DNA of 64,000 nt from an uncultured Anaeroplasmataceae bacterium (lineage in GTDB: Bacteria; Bacillota_I; Bacilli_A; Acholeplasmatales; Anaeroplasmataceae), in assembly GCA_949840955.1 (NCBI GenBank), contig CATKXV010000004.1, positions 63,804-127,803 on the forward strand, given 5' to 3'. Below, one piece after another: positions 36,859 through 45,911 of the stretch (within the stretch, counting starts at the first letter, position 1; every line of letters starts with the position of its first letter). Both the position numbers and the translations under genes were made by a program. The notes under the pieces were generated by a model, which worked only from the letters and a program-made list of their open reading frames with translations, did not search any database and was not told where the DNA came from.

Positions 36859-38049
36859 TCATTTCTTTTGAAATAATAGTGTAGCATTAAATATAGGATT
36901 TCTATACATTGCCCGAATGAAGATACCTGTTTCATCTTCAATTACAGAATCTAATCCGCTAGAATTTTTAAAAATGAACCTTCCCTCCTTTTCTAATCCA
37001 TCATTTAGAAAAGGAACGTAAGCCTCTAGGGTATCTGGATTATACATAATAGAAAACCACTCCATATCTTGACTATCATTATGGATATAAACCACATCAT
37101 CAATTATTGCTGTATAATGATTTTTAACATATAGCGGTATAGATATTCCATAAGAAAAGTTATAATAAACTGTGTTAAATGCTTCAGAAATTGAAGTTTC
37201 GTTATAAATATTTTCTCCAATCAAGGACTCAAGCATAGGACATTGATAAAAAAATGATTTTCTATAGCCTCCCATACCATAACATCCATAAAGAGGTTGA
37301 TTATTATTGATATATATATCTAAATCATGAATTTCCTTTAATTTTTCCAAACGATATAAGCTACAATCCATGGTTGGACTAATTCCAGAGATCTTCTCTA
37401 TATTCTTACAATCAGAAATTCCCATAGACAATATCAAACTATTATTACACACAAGTTCTTTTAAATAATCACACTGGTTTATAGCAAATGGATGAACTAT
37501 AGTGTAATATCCTTTAATACATATGGACTCCATAGGAGCGTGTTGAAATGCTTTAAATCCGATTTGGGTTACATATTTTCCATGGATTTTTGGAGGTATG
37601 ATTACATTTTTAGGCAATTGCTCTGTGTAACCTTTAACAACGAAAACATCATCATATAGGTAAGATGTATAGTCAAGTGGATTGATGCTACCAGACACTC
37701 GCATTGCATATTTTTGAATTGGATTATGTCTAAGACTGTTATCAAAAGTAGTTAGGTTAAATATATTTTTATCTTCTCTAAGTTTTGGCTGATTTTTATA
37801 CTCTGACATATCTAAATAATAAACATCATAAAAAGAAAGATAGTTTTCCTCTTCCTCAAAAACATATTCTAATGTAGCCTTTCCAGTTATATCATCCCAA
37901 ATATCCATATATTCATAGATAACTCCATTAAATTCTACTATATCCCCTGGTTGAAATTCCTTTGGATTATCTATACTTTCCTTCTTTTGACAGGATAATA
38001 AAGTAAATATAGTTATAAATGATAAAATGATTAAGCTTAATTTTTTCAT
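36859..38049 (-). CDS. lipoprotein with BspA-type leucine-rich-repeat core (paralogue B)
   Basis: Lipobox TLLSC. It shares KEFQ.GDIVE.NGVIY.YMDI, EYVFEEEENY.SFY.VYYLDMSEYKNQPKLRED and YNPDTLEAYVPFLNDGLEKEG with paralogue A. Confidence 0.7.
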   Translation of the reverse strand: MKKLSLIILSFITIFTLLSCQKKESIDNPKEFQPGDIVEFNGVIYEYMDIWDDITGKATLEYVFEEEENYLSFYDVYYLDMSEYKNQPKLREDKNIFNLTTFDNSLRHNPIQKYAMRVSGSINPLDYTSYLYDDVFVVKGYTEQLPKNVIIPPKIHGKYVTQIGFKAFQHAPMESICIKGYYTIVHPFAINQCDYLKELVCNNSLILSMGISDCKNIEKISGISPTMDCSLYRLEKLKEIHDLDIYINNNQPLYGCYGMGGYRKSFFYQCPMLESLIGENIYNETSISEAFNTVYYNFSYGISIPLYVKNHYTAIIDDVVYIHNDSQDMEWFSIMYNPDTLEAYVPFLNDGLEKEGRFIFKNSSGLDSVIEDETGIFIRAMYRNPIFNATLLFQKK

Positions 38050-38243
38050 ATTTTTTCCCTCCCCTTCTTTTTTTGCTTTATTAAAATTATAGTTTAGAAT
38101 TTTATTTTTCTCTTAATACTTTATCACTCCTCTAATCCTGAAGTGTATTTTTTCCTTCATATAATATACGAGTGAAACAGCGATTTTTTTCACAAAAAAT
38201 GAAGAAAGGTTAAAATATATGCAATTTTTTAATAAAATCAAAA

Positions 38244-38271
38244 GAAAAAAGCTGATTTCTATTGAATCAGC
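38244..38271 (-). terminator. Rho-independent terminator ending the cca-pulA-yhaM-membrane gene string
   Basis: GCTGATT (38251-38257) pairs with AATCAGC (38265-38271). A run of 6 T follows on the minus strand. Confidence 0.65.
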
Positions 38272-38283
38272 CTTACTATAATA

Positions 38284-39235
38284 TTATTTTAATTTATCTT
38301 GCTTTTGATGAATTGTCTTTTTCATTTGGAAGAAAGAGAATCCAACTCCTATAACACCAAATACCAAGCCTAGCAACATATCCTGAATAAATCCACTACG
38401 AATTTCTTCCTCAGTTGATAAAAATTCAAATAGCATAGATACTGGATTTCCACTTACACCTGCTTCGTTCATAACCCCTTGAACAAGGATCACATAAATC
38501 AAAAACATAGAAATCACTATGTATACTAAAGTAACTACACTAGATATAATGATTTTGGTATAGTTTGCCTTTCCCTTCATTTTGTCATATCCAAATCCAG
38601 CTAAAAAGGCAATGAGGAAGGCAATCCAACCAGAAACTATTCCTAATAAAGCTCCTACAACCACCCACCCATACAACTGCTCCTAAGGCACCACCAGCAA
38701 TGGCTCCTAAAGAGCCTTTTAAATAGTTATTTGGAGCATTTTTATACTCTTCTTCATCCTTTTCAATCGCTTCATTAATCAATTGAACACTCGATTCATT
38801 TAAGAATACAATAGCATTTTCATAAAATAATTTCTTTTTTGTTGCCTCATCCATAGGCTCCCCACTAAAAGGACAATATTCCTTATTTAAAGTGCCTTTA
38901 TCTCTAAGGTAAGCTGTAACATTTTGTACAGCATTTAAAAGATTTTCATATTTATAATTCCCAATAACTAAGGTTGCCCCAAGACTTGTAACCTCAAAAT
39001 TATAGAGTTTGAGATTCTTTTTATTGCTTTTAAGATATTCTAATACTGATGAAATTTCTTCTTCCTTTAAATGACTAAATATAGTTGCAAATGGCATTTT
39101 CACACCATAGGATATACCATATGTAAAGCTTGCCTCTCCAAAAGACACTTGATAGTCATTGATGTAACTATAAGCTCCATTTGCTTCTACAGTAAAATTT
39201 TGTTCTGTCAAAAAAGATTCTAATTTTTTCTTCAT
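38284..39235 (-). pseudogene. frameshifted gene for a protein with a soluble N-terminal domain and a multi-TM C-terminus
   Basis: ORF 38585-39235 ends in nonsense (..GAVVWVGGCRSFIRNSFWLDCLPHCLFSWIWI). ORF 38284-38676 continues the same Gly/Ala-rich TM segment (WVVVGALLGIVSGWIAFLIAFLAGFGYDK) in another frame. The frame break lies in GTA-TGGG-TGGG-TGG-TTG (plus strand 38661-38671). Confidence 0.7.
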
Positions 39236-39237
39236 TC

Positions 39238-39636
39238 CTATTCCCTACCCTTTCTTCTTTTTCTTTTTTGATATAATGTAATACTATATCCACGGGTTAT
39301 TATAAAGATTAGGATTGCTGGCATATATATCCAACCCGTTTCATATAACCATGTCCAGCCAGTAAAGCTAAAAAGCTTTCGGTATAATTGAGCTATAGAA
39401 TCCAATCCAAAAAATATCCCCTGGAATACAGCTTGTACATCCTTTGCTCCAGTGAAAATAAAACAAACCAAATCTCCTATCCCATTAAATAGCATAGGAA
39501 TTGTAATAATACTAAATAAACCTTGTAAAATACCATATTTTTTATAATGGTAACAACAAATTAAAAATGGAAATACTGTTACTACTATTGCTATTAGTAC
39601 AACATAGATTTCATTGGATAGCAGCTTATCTATCAT
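39238..39636 (-). CDS. hypothetical integral membrane protein (4 predicted TM)
   Basis: 132-aa hydrophobic ORF with a basic C-terminus (QKRKRRKGRE). It is tightly packed between yhaM and the frameshifted gene. Confidence 0.5.
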   Translation of the reverse strand: MIDKLLSNEIYVVLIAIVVTVFPFLICCYHYKKYGILQGLFSIITIPMLFNGIGDLVCFIFTGAKDVQAVFQGIFFGLDSIAQLYRKLFSFTGWTWLYETGWIYMPAILIFIITRGYSITLYQKRKRRKGRE

Positions 39637-39639
39637 GAA

Positions 39640-40521
39640 TTACTCCTTATATATTTTCACCTTATCTAATACCCCAATCGTATCAGTAAAATGACATTCC
39701 TCTGTTCGACTGAGCTCCTCTCCTAAAGCTCTAAACTTAGAATCAATCGTATCAATATACCATAATGCTACAGCCTCTGGAGTCATCGGTCTTTTGGCAG
39801 CTCCAAATTGAGGCTGTCCATGATGACTGATAAGCATATGGAGTAATCCTCTAACCTCCTTTGTATCCTTATAGCCATATTGATCCGCTATACGATTCAC
39901 TTCTAAGGCCCCCATTACCAAATGTCCTAAAAGCTGTCCATCTATAGTATACTCCGTTGCCTCTACTCCTGTCAATTCCTTTATTTTGCCAAAATCATGC
40001 AAAATAATGCCTGCATAAATATAATCTGATTTCAAATAAGGATAATTTTCGATAAATCCTTTCGCTAGCTTTAGCATACCAATGGTATGATAAGCAAGTC
40101 CTCCAACATATGCATGATGCATTCGAGTTGCGGCAGGATAGATAAAGAATTTATCTTTATTTTCATGAAGAATTGTTGTTGTTATTTTCCTTATAATTTC
40201 ATTTTCAATAGCTTGAACATAGGCTTCTATCGTTTCTACTGACTCTTGTAAGGATATCGGAGCACCTGGATAAAACTTTCTTAATATTTCATCTTGTTCT
40301 TCAATAGAAAAGCTACTTATTGCCTCGTAGGATTCAAGCACATAGCTAATCCGTTCCTTTACTATTTTTTGAAACTGTAGACGATAAACATGCCCAATTT
40401 CAAACTTTTCATTCAGCTCTGCCTTAATATTCCACAAATTATCCGTTTCATCAACAACAGCCAAATTAAAAAGTCCATCCGATTTATTTAACGCTACAAC
40501 CTTTCCATCTATCTGCATCAT
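39640..40521 (-). CDS. yhaM: 3'-5' exoribonuclease YhaM-like (OB fold + HD domain)
   Basis: N-terminal OB-like segment, then HD-domain motifs HHAYVGGLAYHT, ILHDFGK and ISHHG. Confidence 0.8.
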   Translation of the reverse strand: MMQIDGKVVALNKSDGLFNLAVVDETDNLWNIKAELNEKFEIGHVYRLQFQKIVKERISYVLESYEAISSFSIEEQDEILRKFYPGAPISLQESVETIEAYVQAIENEIIRKITTTILHENKDKFFIYPAATRMHHAYVGGLAYHTIGMLKLAKGFIENYPYLKSDYIYAGIILHDFGKIKELTGVEATEYTIDGQLLGHLVMGALEVNRIADQYGYKDTKEVRGLLHMLISHHGQPQFGAAKRPMTPEAVALWYIDTIDSKFRALGEELSRTEECHFTDTIGVLDKVKIYKE

Positions 40522-42584
40522 TTCATCTCCTTAAAAATATATACTCCAGCATCCATCAGCTCATACTTATCCTGTATCTTTTCTACTCTACGATGAGCAT
40601 TAAAAATCATTTGACTATGCTGTAATAATAGCGTATATAAATCGTTATTATTTTTCACAACAATCGTCAGCCTAGCATCAAGTCCATCCAAGCAATAGCA
40701 TACTGTATGTGTATTAGAAAGCTCCTCTATGAATATGACCTTTTGTTCTAAATCCTGAAGATTATACATATGAAAAGCTTTATTTTCTTTACGAATTTTT
40801 AGTAATTCCTTGAGTCCCTCAATATCCTCTTGATACTGATCTCTTCTATTATAATCGAAATGATTGATAAAATCATCCGATTTATATGAATTTTCTACAC
40901 CTTTTTTTGTACGATAAAATTCTTGCCCTGCATGGATGAATACAACTCCTAAGGAAATAGCTACCATTTGTAGTGCAAGCCTACAGCCAGCTAGAATATG
41001 CTCCTCTGTCAAGCCTAAAGCATATTTTGCAAAATCATAAATCGTATAATTATCATGACATTCCACATAATTGATGCTTTGATTTGGAGTTGAAAAGCGA
41101 TATCCATCCCATACACTTCCACTTAAAAGACAAAAGATATCTCTAGGGTAGGCTTCACTACCAAAGGCAAAGCCTAAGCTATGATTCCATTGACTTCCCT
41201 TAAGCATATCACGATATTTATCATTGAAGAATCCATAATGCGGGAGCTTGTAATGATTATAGGCATGAGGACGATAGGCATCTGGAATCGTATTTGGCAT
41301 ATTCCAGCCCTCACCATATAATAATAAATTTGGATCATATTCCTTTAATCTTTTATAGGCATATTTTAAGGTTTCAATATCCAACAGTCCCATCAAATCA
41401 AAACGAAATCCTGAAATATGAAATTGCTTTGTCCAATAGATTAAATTATCGATAATATATCTAGAACACATTCTTTTTTCCGTCGCAAGGTCATTTCCAC
41501 ATCCAGATACATTGGTATAATTCCCATAGCCATCCACTCGATAAAAATACCCTGGGCATAGCTTTTCAAAGGGAAATCTTCTTCTATCATATACGTGATT
41601 AAATACCACATCCATGATAAGCCGGATTCCTCTTTTATGGGCTTCATCAACAAACTCTAAAAAATCATTCAGTCTAGCATATGGATCCTTAGGGTTAGAA
41701 CAATACCAGCCACTAGGAACAAAATACTGCTCAGGATTATAGCCCCAATTATAATAAAGATCTCTTTTTATGTCGTCAACTCCACCAAAATCAAAAACGG
41801 GCATAAGCTGTAAATGAGTTATTCCTAAAGAGGCTATATAATCTAAGCCTTGATTTTTTTCAGCTGTCATTCCTAGAAAGGTTCCTTTCTTATCAGCTGA
41901 AAGTCCACAGGTCATATCTCGAATATGTGCTTCATAAAGAACAGCATCTGTAGGAATGCCTGAAAAATAAGGCTTTTCATATTTGGGCTGATAAAGCTTA
42001 TGGATGTCAATGACATAATTTGCCTCTTGATTTGCTGTAGCGGCAATTCCATACGGATCGAGCACTTTTTCGTAATAATCAAATATTTTTACATAGTATA
42101 CATAGCTTGCCCCCTCTAAGTCCTTAGAAATAGAAGTCATCCATAAGCCATGGCTTTGATATGTAAGATCCTTATGCTCTAAGGTTCCATCCTGATAAAT
42201 AACACTTACATAGATAGCCTTAGCTACTGGACTCCAAACTCGAAAGGTTGTCCTTTCCTTAGTATAGGAAAAGCCCAAAGGACCTGCATAATAGTATTCT
42301 GATTCAAATTCTGTAGTACGAACAATACTTCCAGAATAAACAGGAACACGATGCTTTAAATCATCTAAAATATAATAATTGTGATGAAGACAAAGCTTAT
42401 GGGTAACACCTAAGCCTATCTTAACCATATTATGCTCGTTGGTGTGATATAAAACGGATAATTCTTCAATCAATGTATCCTCATCATATAGCTTAAAGGA
42501 CTTAGCCTTAAATCTATTTTTTCTTTGAACGAGAAAGGTAATCTCTTTATAGCTATCTATAAAAGCCATCATAGTATAACGCAT
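40518..42584 (-). CDS. pulA: type I pullulanase (GH13)
   Basis: 688 aa with YNWGYNP (type I pullulanase signature), DVVFNHV, GFRFDLM, EGWN and VECHDN. Confidence 0.88.
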   Translation of the reverse strand: MRYTMMAFIDSYKEITFLVQRKNRFKAKSFKLYDEDTLIEELSVLYHTNEHNMVKIGLGVTHKLCLHHNYYILDDLKHRVPVYSGSIVRTTEFESEYYYAGPLGFSYTKERTTFRVWSPVAKAIYVSVIYQDGTLEHKDLTYQSHGLWMTSISKDLEGASYVYYVKIFDYYEKVLDPYGIAATANQEANYVIDIHKLYQPKYEKPYFSGIPTDAVLYEAHIRDMTCGLSADKKGTFLGMTAEKNQGLDYIASLGITHLQLMPVFDFGGVDDIKRDLYYNWGYNPEQYFVPSGWYCSNPKDPYARLNDFLEFVDEAHKRGIRLIMDVVFNHVYDRRRFPFEKLCPGYFYRVDGYGNYTNVSGCGNDLATEKRMCSRYIIDNLIYWTKQFHISGFRFDLMGLLDIETLKYAYKRLKEYDPNLLLYGEGWNMPNTIPDAYRPHAYNHYKLPHYGFFNDKYRDMLKGSQWNHSLGFAFGSEAYPRDIFCLLSGSVWDGYRFSTPNQSINYVECHDNYTIYDFAKYALGLTEEHILAGCRLALQMVAISLGVVFIHAGQEFYRTKKGVENSYKSDDFINHFDYNRRDQYQEDIEGLKELLKIRKENKAFHMYNLQDLEQKVIFIEELSNTHTVCYCLDGLDARLTIVVKNNNDLYTLLLQHSQMIFNAHRRVEKIQDKYELMDAGVYIFKEMK

Positions 42585-42587
42585 AAT

Positions 42588-43685
42588 TTATTCTCCAGTT
42601 TCTAAAAAGTTTTTTATACTTTTAAATTCATTTTTGATTTGTCCACAAAGAATAGCATTTTCTAATTTTTTTGTTGTTATTCCTCTTTGGCTTGAAGAAA
42701 TCCAGCTCCAATCTATACATATGTCCTTAGGAGTATGAATTGGAAGCTCTGCTTTTTTCCTTTGTATCTCTTCTAGCTGCACCTTTTCTTTATATAAAGC
42801 ATTATACAGCTCTACTGCTGATTCTAAACATGTTTCATTTCCATAATATAAAGAAATTGCATCGAACTTCTTTCTAACAAAATATGATATATCCCTTGCC
42901 AAAGCTCTCTCTTTTTTAGAAAGTAAAATATTGACCGGAAGAAAGTGATGAATTGCCTCAAATAGTGCATACGCATTCTTGCGATAATGATATCGATAGG
43001 CCTCTTCACATACCACCTGATAAAAGGGGAAGCTACTTAGAATCTGGTATTCCTTGATATAGCTTAAGCCTAAATCAAAGGGTGCTGCCATAAGGCTATC
43101 TAGCATTTCTTTAATATAATTTTCCTTGAGAAATTGAACATCATTTTGAGAAAAGCTATGGATAATAGCCTTATCTAATGTAAAATTTAGTCTTGAGGAA
43201 AACTGTAAAGCTCTTACTACACGTAAAGCATCCTCTTTGAATCGAAGCATAGGATTCCCTATCATTCGTATAACTTTATTTTCCATATCCTCTCTTCCAT
43301 GAAATAAGTCAATGATTTCTCCTTTAGCATTCATTGCTAGAGCATTCATAGTAAAATCTCTTCTAATCAAATCCTCCTGTAGGGTGCTTGCCTCTTCTAC
43401 AATAGGATGTCTATGATCTTCATAGGATATATCCCTACGAAAGGAGGTTACTTCAAAGGTGCTTCCTAAATATACAATTCTACAGCTCAAATATGTGTCT
43501 CCCTTGAAATGAACATCCTCAAAAATTTGAGCAATAGCTGAAGGCTTAGCATTGGTCGTAATATCAATATCAGAAATAGGCCTTTTAAGAATAAAATCTC
43601 GAACAGCCCCACCAACAAGGTATGCCTCATAAAAATGTGAATTTAAAATTTTTAAAATTTCTAAGCCAATTTGTAATTTATCCAT
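42588..43685 (-). CDS. cca: CCA-adding tRNA nucleotidyltransferase
   Basis: YLVGGAVRDFIL, DIDITT and RRDFTMNA motifs. The track start at 43697 is TTG; the ATG at 43683-43685 is preferred. Confidence 0.88.
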   Translation of the reverse strand: MDKLQIGLEILKILNSHFYEAYLVGGAVRDFILKRPISDIDITTNAKPSAIAQIFEDVHFKGDTYLSCRIVYLGSTFEVTSFRRDISYEDHRHPIVEEASTLQEDLIRRDFTMNALAMNAKGEIIDLFHGREDMENKVIRMIGNPMLRFKEDALRVVRALQFSSRLNFTLDKAIIHSFSQNDVQFLKENYIKEMLDSLMAAPFDLGLSYIKEYQILSSFPFYQVVCEEAYRYHYRKNAYALFEAIHHFLPVNILLSKKERALARDISYFVRKKFDAISLYYGNETCLESAVELYNALYKEKVQLEEIQRKKAELPIHTPKDICIDWSWISSSQRGITTKKLENAILCGQIKNEFKSIKNFLETGE

Positions 43686-43772
43686 TGAGAACACCAAATT
43701 AATTATAAATCAAAATGGTTTCATTTGCAAAGAAAAAATAATCATTGTATAATATAATTTAAGGTGATTCAA

Positions 43773-44396
43773 ATGAAATATATACAGGGGTTTTATCAAA
43801 ATACAATAATCATCCAAAAATCGAAGTTTATAGCAGAGGCCTATCGAGTAAACTCCATTGAGGAAATTGAAGACATTCTTCTTAAGGTACGCAAAAAATA
43901 CTATGATGCAACACATCATTGCTATGCATATAGAATCCATCAAAGCCTTCAAAAATGCAGTGATGACGGAGAACCATCCAAAACAGCTGGTGCGCCGATT
44001 TTAGATGTGATTACAAAACAGAATTTAGAAAATATTCTTATTGTTGTAACTCGTTATTTTGGAGGTATACTTTTAGGTGCTGGAGGGCTTGTTCGTGCTT
44101 ATAGTCAGGCAGCAAGCTTATCGTTAAAAGAAGCTCATTTTTTTACAATGGAAGAACGAATTCAATTTCAATTAACCTGCTCCTATTCTGAATACCAAAC
44201 CATAGTAAAGGTATTTCGATATATCCAAATAGAAAAAACCTCATTTTTATCTGAGGTGGTTATTTTGGGCTCCTGTAGGAAGGAAGACTATTCAAAACTA
44301 GAAAATGATCTATTTCAATACAAGCTTAAGGATGCAAGAATAACGAATCTGGGTTATGCTCTAACAGAGGTTCCTTTGGATGATACTTTAATCTAG
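43773..44396 (+). CDS. yigZ: YigZ / IMPACT-family protein
   Basis: KSKFIAEAYRV...HHCYAYR...DDGEPSKTAG.PIL and VTRYFGGILLGAGGLVRAY motifs. The ATG at 43773 follows AAGGTGA; the track start is GTG 43764. Confidence 0.85.
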   Translation: MKYIQGFYQNTIIIQKSKFIAEAYRVNSIEEIEDILLKVRKKYYDATHHCYAYRIHQSLQKCSDDGEPSKTAGAPILDVITKQNLENILIVVTRYFGGILLGAGGLVRAYSQAASLSLKEAHFFTMEERIQFQLTCSYSEYQTIVKVFRYIQIEKTSFLSEVVILGSCRKEDYSKLENDLFQYKLKDARITNLGYALTEVPLDDTLI

Positions 44397-44616
44397 TTGC
44401 CTCTCCGCCACGTAAATGGCGGACTTTTTTATTATATTCTAATATATCTCGCACCTCTTCAAAAAGCACAGGATCGATTTCCTCCAATTTTGTTGTCAAA
44501 TCGTGATGAACTGTTGACTTAGAATATCCTATTCTTTTTGCAACCTCGCGAACAGTTCTTCTTCCTTCAAGCATCAAATAAGCCATTTCTAATACACGTG
44601 CATTTGTATCTACCAT
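44326..44616 (-). CDS. spoIIID: stage III sporulation protein D (SpoIIID) transcription regulator
   Basis: RTVREVAKRIGYSKSTVHHDLTTKLEEIDPVLFEEVRDILEYNKKVRHLRGGEATRLKY aligns closely with B. subtilis SpoIIID. The ATG at 44614-44616 is preferred over GTG 44628. Confidence 0.88.
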   Translation of the reverse strand: MVDTNARVLEMAYLMLEGRRTVREVAKRIGYSKSTVHHDLTTKLEEIDPVLFEEVRDILEYNKKVRHLRGGEATRLKYHPKEPLLEHNPDSLFLHP

Positions 44617-44797
44617 TTTGTCCTTCACCTAGTATTAGATATGCTATTTTTCCTTGATTTATGCTTATCCAGGAGGATTTTAAATTTCATTGAGTGAAAG
44701 ATAATTTTCATGATGATTTCACATTGAAAATAAAGAAGTAAAATTCCACCTAATTATTTTAGATTTAAAATCTTTTTCACAGGATTTTGGGATTTAA

Positions 44798-44850
44798 TAA
44801 AAAAAAAGATGCTTACAACGTCTAAACTATGGATGGAGCAAGCATCTTTT
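44798..44850. terminator. bidirectional terminator-like hairpin
   Basis: AGATGCTT (44807-44814) pairs with AAGCATCT (44840-44847) across a 25-nt loop. A run of 9 A precedes it and TTTT follows. Confidence 0.45.
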
Positions 44851-44902
44851 ATTTATTTCGTTTGGCCACAAAGATAGCGGTAAGAACTGGGAAAATTTTA
44901 TT

Positions 44903-45391
44903 CTAAACCGATCTCATCTTCTCATAAAGTTCATCTATTCCAGGAGTGATACAATTATTTGCAAAATACCAATATTTATATCCATTATAATAAATAATTA
45001 ATAAAATATGTCCAATTTTTTTATACTGTGCCTGAGAATATATAATTTGTCTAGTTTTTCCAAAAGACCCCCTAATATATACACTTTTTTTCTTTATTTC
45101 AATTCTAAACAACCAAGTTTTTAAAACTCCAAATCCAGTAAGAAAAATAAATGGAATAAGAATGATAAATGAATAATAAATTTTTTCGCTAATCCTTCCC
45201 TCTTGTTGTTGAGCTATTATAGATAAAAATGCAATAATACTCAATCCGCAAAATACAACTGAAACAATACTAAAGCCACCATTAAAATAGACATATTTTT
45301 CCTTGTTTTTTTCACGAAACCACACTAATATAGGCAATGTTGAAAAGGTGATCAGAAAAGTTAATCCCATTATAATATAATATATTATCAT
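44903..45391 (-). CDS. hypothetical membrane protein (three TM + small C-terminal domain)
   Basis: 162 aa from the ATG at 45389-45391 (RBS GGGGGAG). It sits in an AT-rich island. No family recognised. Confidence 0.45.
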   Translation of the reverse strand: MIIYYIIMGLTFLITFSTLPILVWFREKNKEKYVYFNGGFSIVSVVFCGLSIIAFLSIIAQQQEGRISEKIYYSFIILIPFIFLTGFGVLKTWLFRIEIKKKSVYIRGSFGKTRQIIYSQAQYKKIGHILLIIYYNGYKYWYFANNCITPGIDELYEKMRSV

Positions 45392-45871
45392 TTTATTCTC
45401 CCCCCCTAACAAATAAATTATTAAACATTAATACTTAGACTCAACTACTTCTTTTACATAATTATTCAAATGATATATAACATTTTTTATTACGTTTAGC
45501 TGAAGTATATCCATTTTTCTTTCAAATTTTAAGATTTCTAGCTAATTCTTTTTGTACATTTCTGATTTGATAAATAGCTTCTAAATTTAATCCAAAGAAA
45601 TATATGATGAATATTTGCTTGTTTTTGAGATTAAAGATTTAAATCACCCTATATTTTTAAACATTCTTATTCTTTTCATTATATCCTCTCTTTTAAAAAA
45701 ATGATAAAATTTATAATATATATCCGCATATATTTTATTATACAAAAAAACATATCTAAAATCAAATATGTTTTTGTTAAATGAACATCCTCTAAAATCG
45801 TTTGTTCAAATTCTGGAGAAACCAATTTGTACATATAAAGACTTATTGAAAACAAAATGGTACAACAAATG

Positions 45872-45895
45872 AAAAGAGCACGCTTTTTTGCGTGC
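45872..45895 (-). terminator. Rho-independent terminator after the M23/SpoIIQ-like gene
   Basis: GCACGC (45878-45883) pairs with GCGTGC (45890-45895). TCTTTTCATTT follows on the minus strand. Confidence 0.6.
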
Positions 45896-45911
45896 CTTTC
45901 TTTAAATATTC

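Noticed and set aside
38585-38676. The overlap of the two ORFs considered as a programmed ribosomal frameshift site.
   Set aside because: There is no X XXY YYZ slippery heptamer, no downstream pseudoknot or hairpin, and no internal SD-like stimulator. A repeat-unit indel or a sequencing error is the simpler explanation (see finding).
19720-43009. Same-strand nested or out-of-frame ORFs: 19720-19923 in recG, 22483-22698 in the propeller gene, 30656-30877 across the rlmN 3' end, 41441-41653 in pulA, 42824-43009 in cca.
   Set aside because: They sit in alternative frames of confidently identified genes, and there is no independent evidence for them.
43710-43952. 80-aa minus-strand ORF spanning the cca-yigZ divergent spacer and the yigZ 5' end.
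   Set aside because: It overlaps the well-supported yigZ start on the opposite strand. Its sequence is Cys/Ile/Phe-rich junk-like, and it has no RBS.
44637-44664. Possible sigmaE-type promoter upstream of spoIIID (minus strand GCATAAA ... CATATCT).
   Set aside because: The match to the remembered sigmaE consensus (ATA -35 / CATACA-T -10) is partial and the spacing looks short. I cannot support it without a lineage-specific motif or 5' end data.
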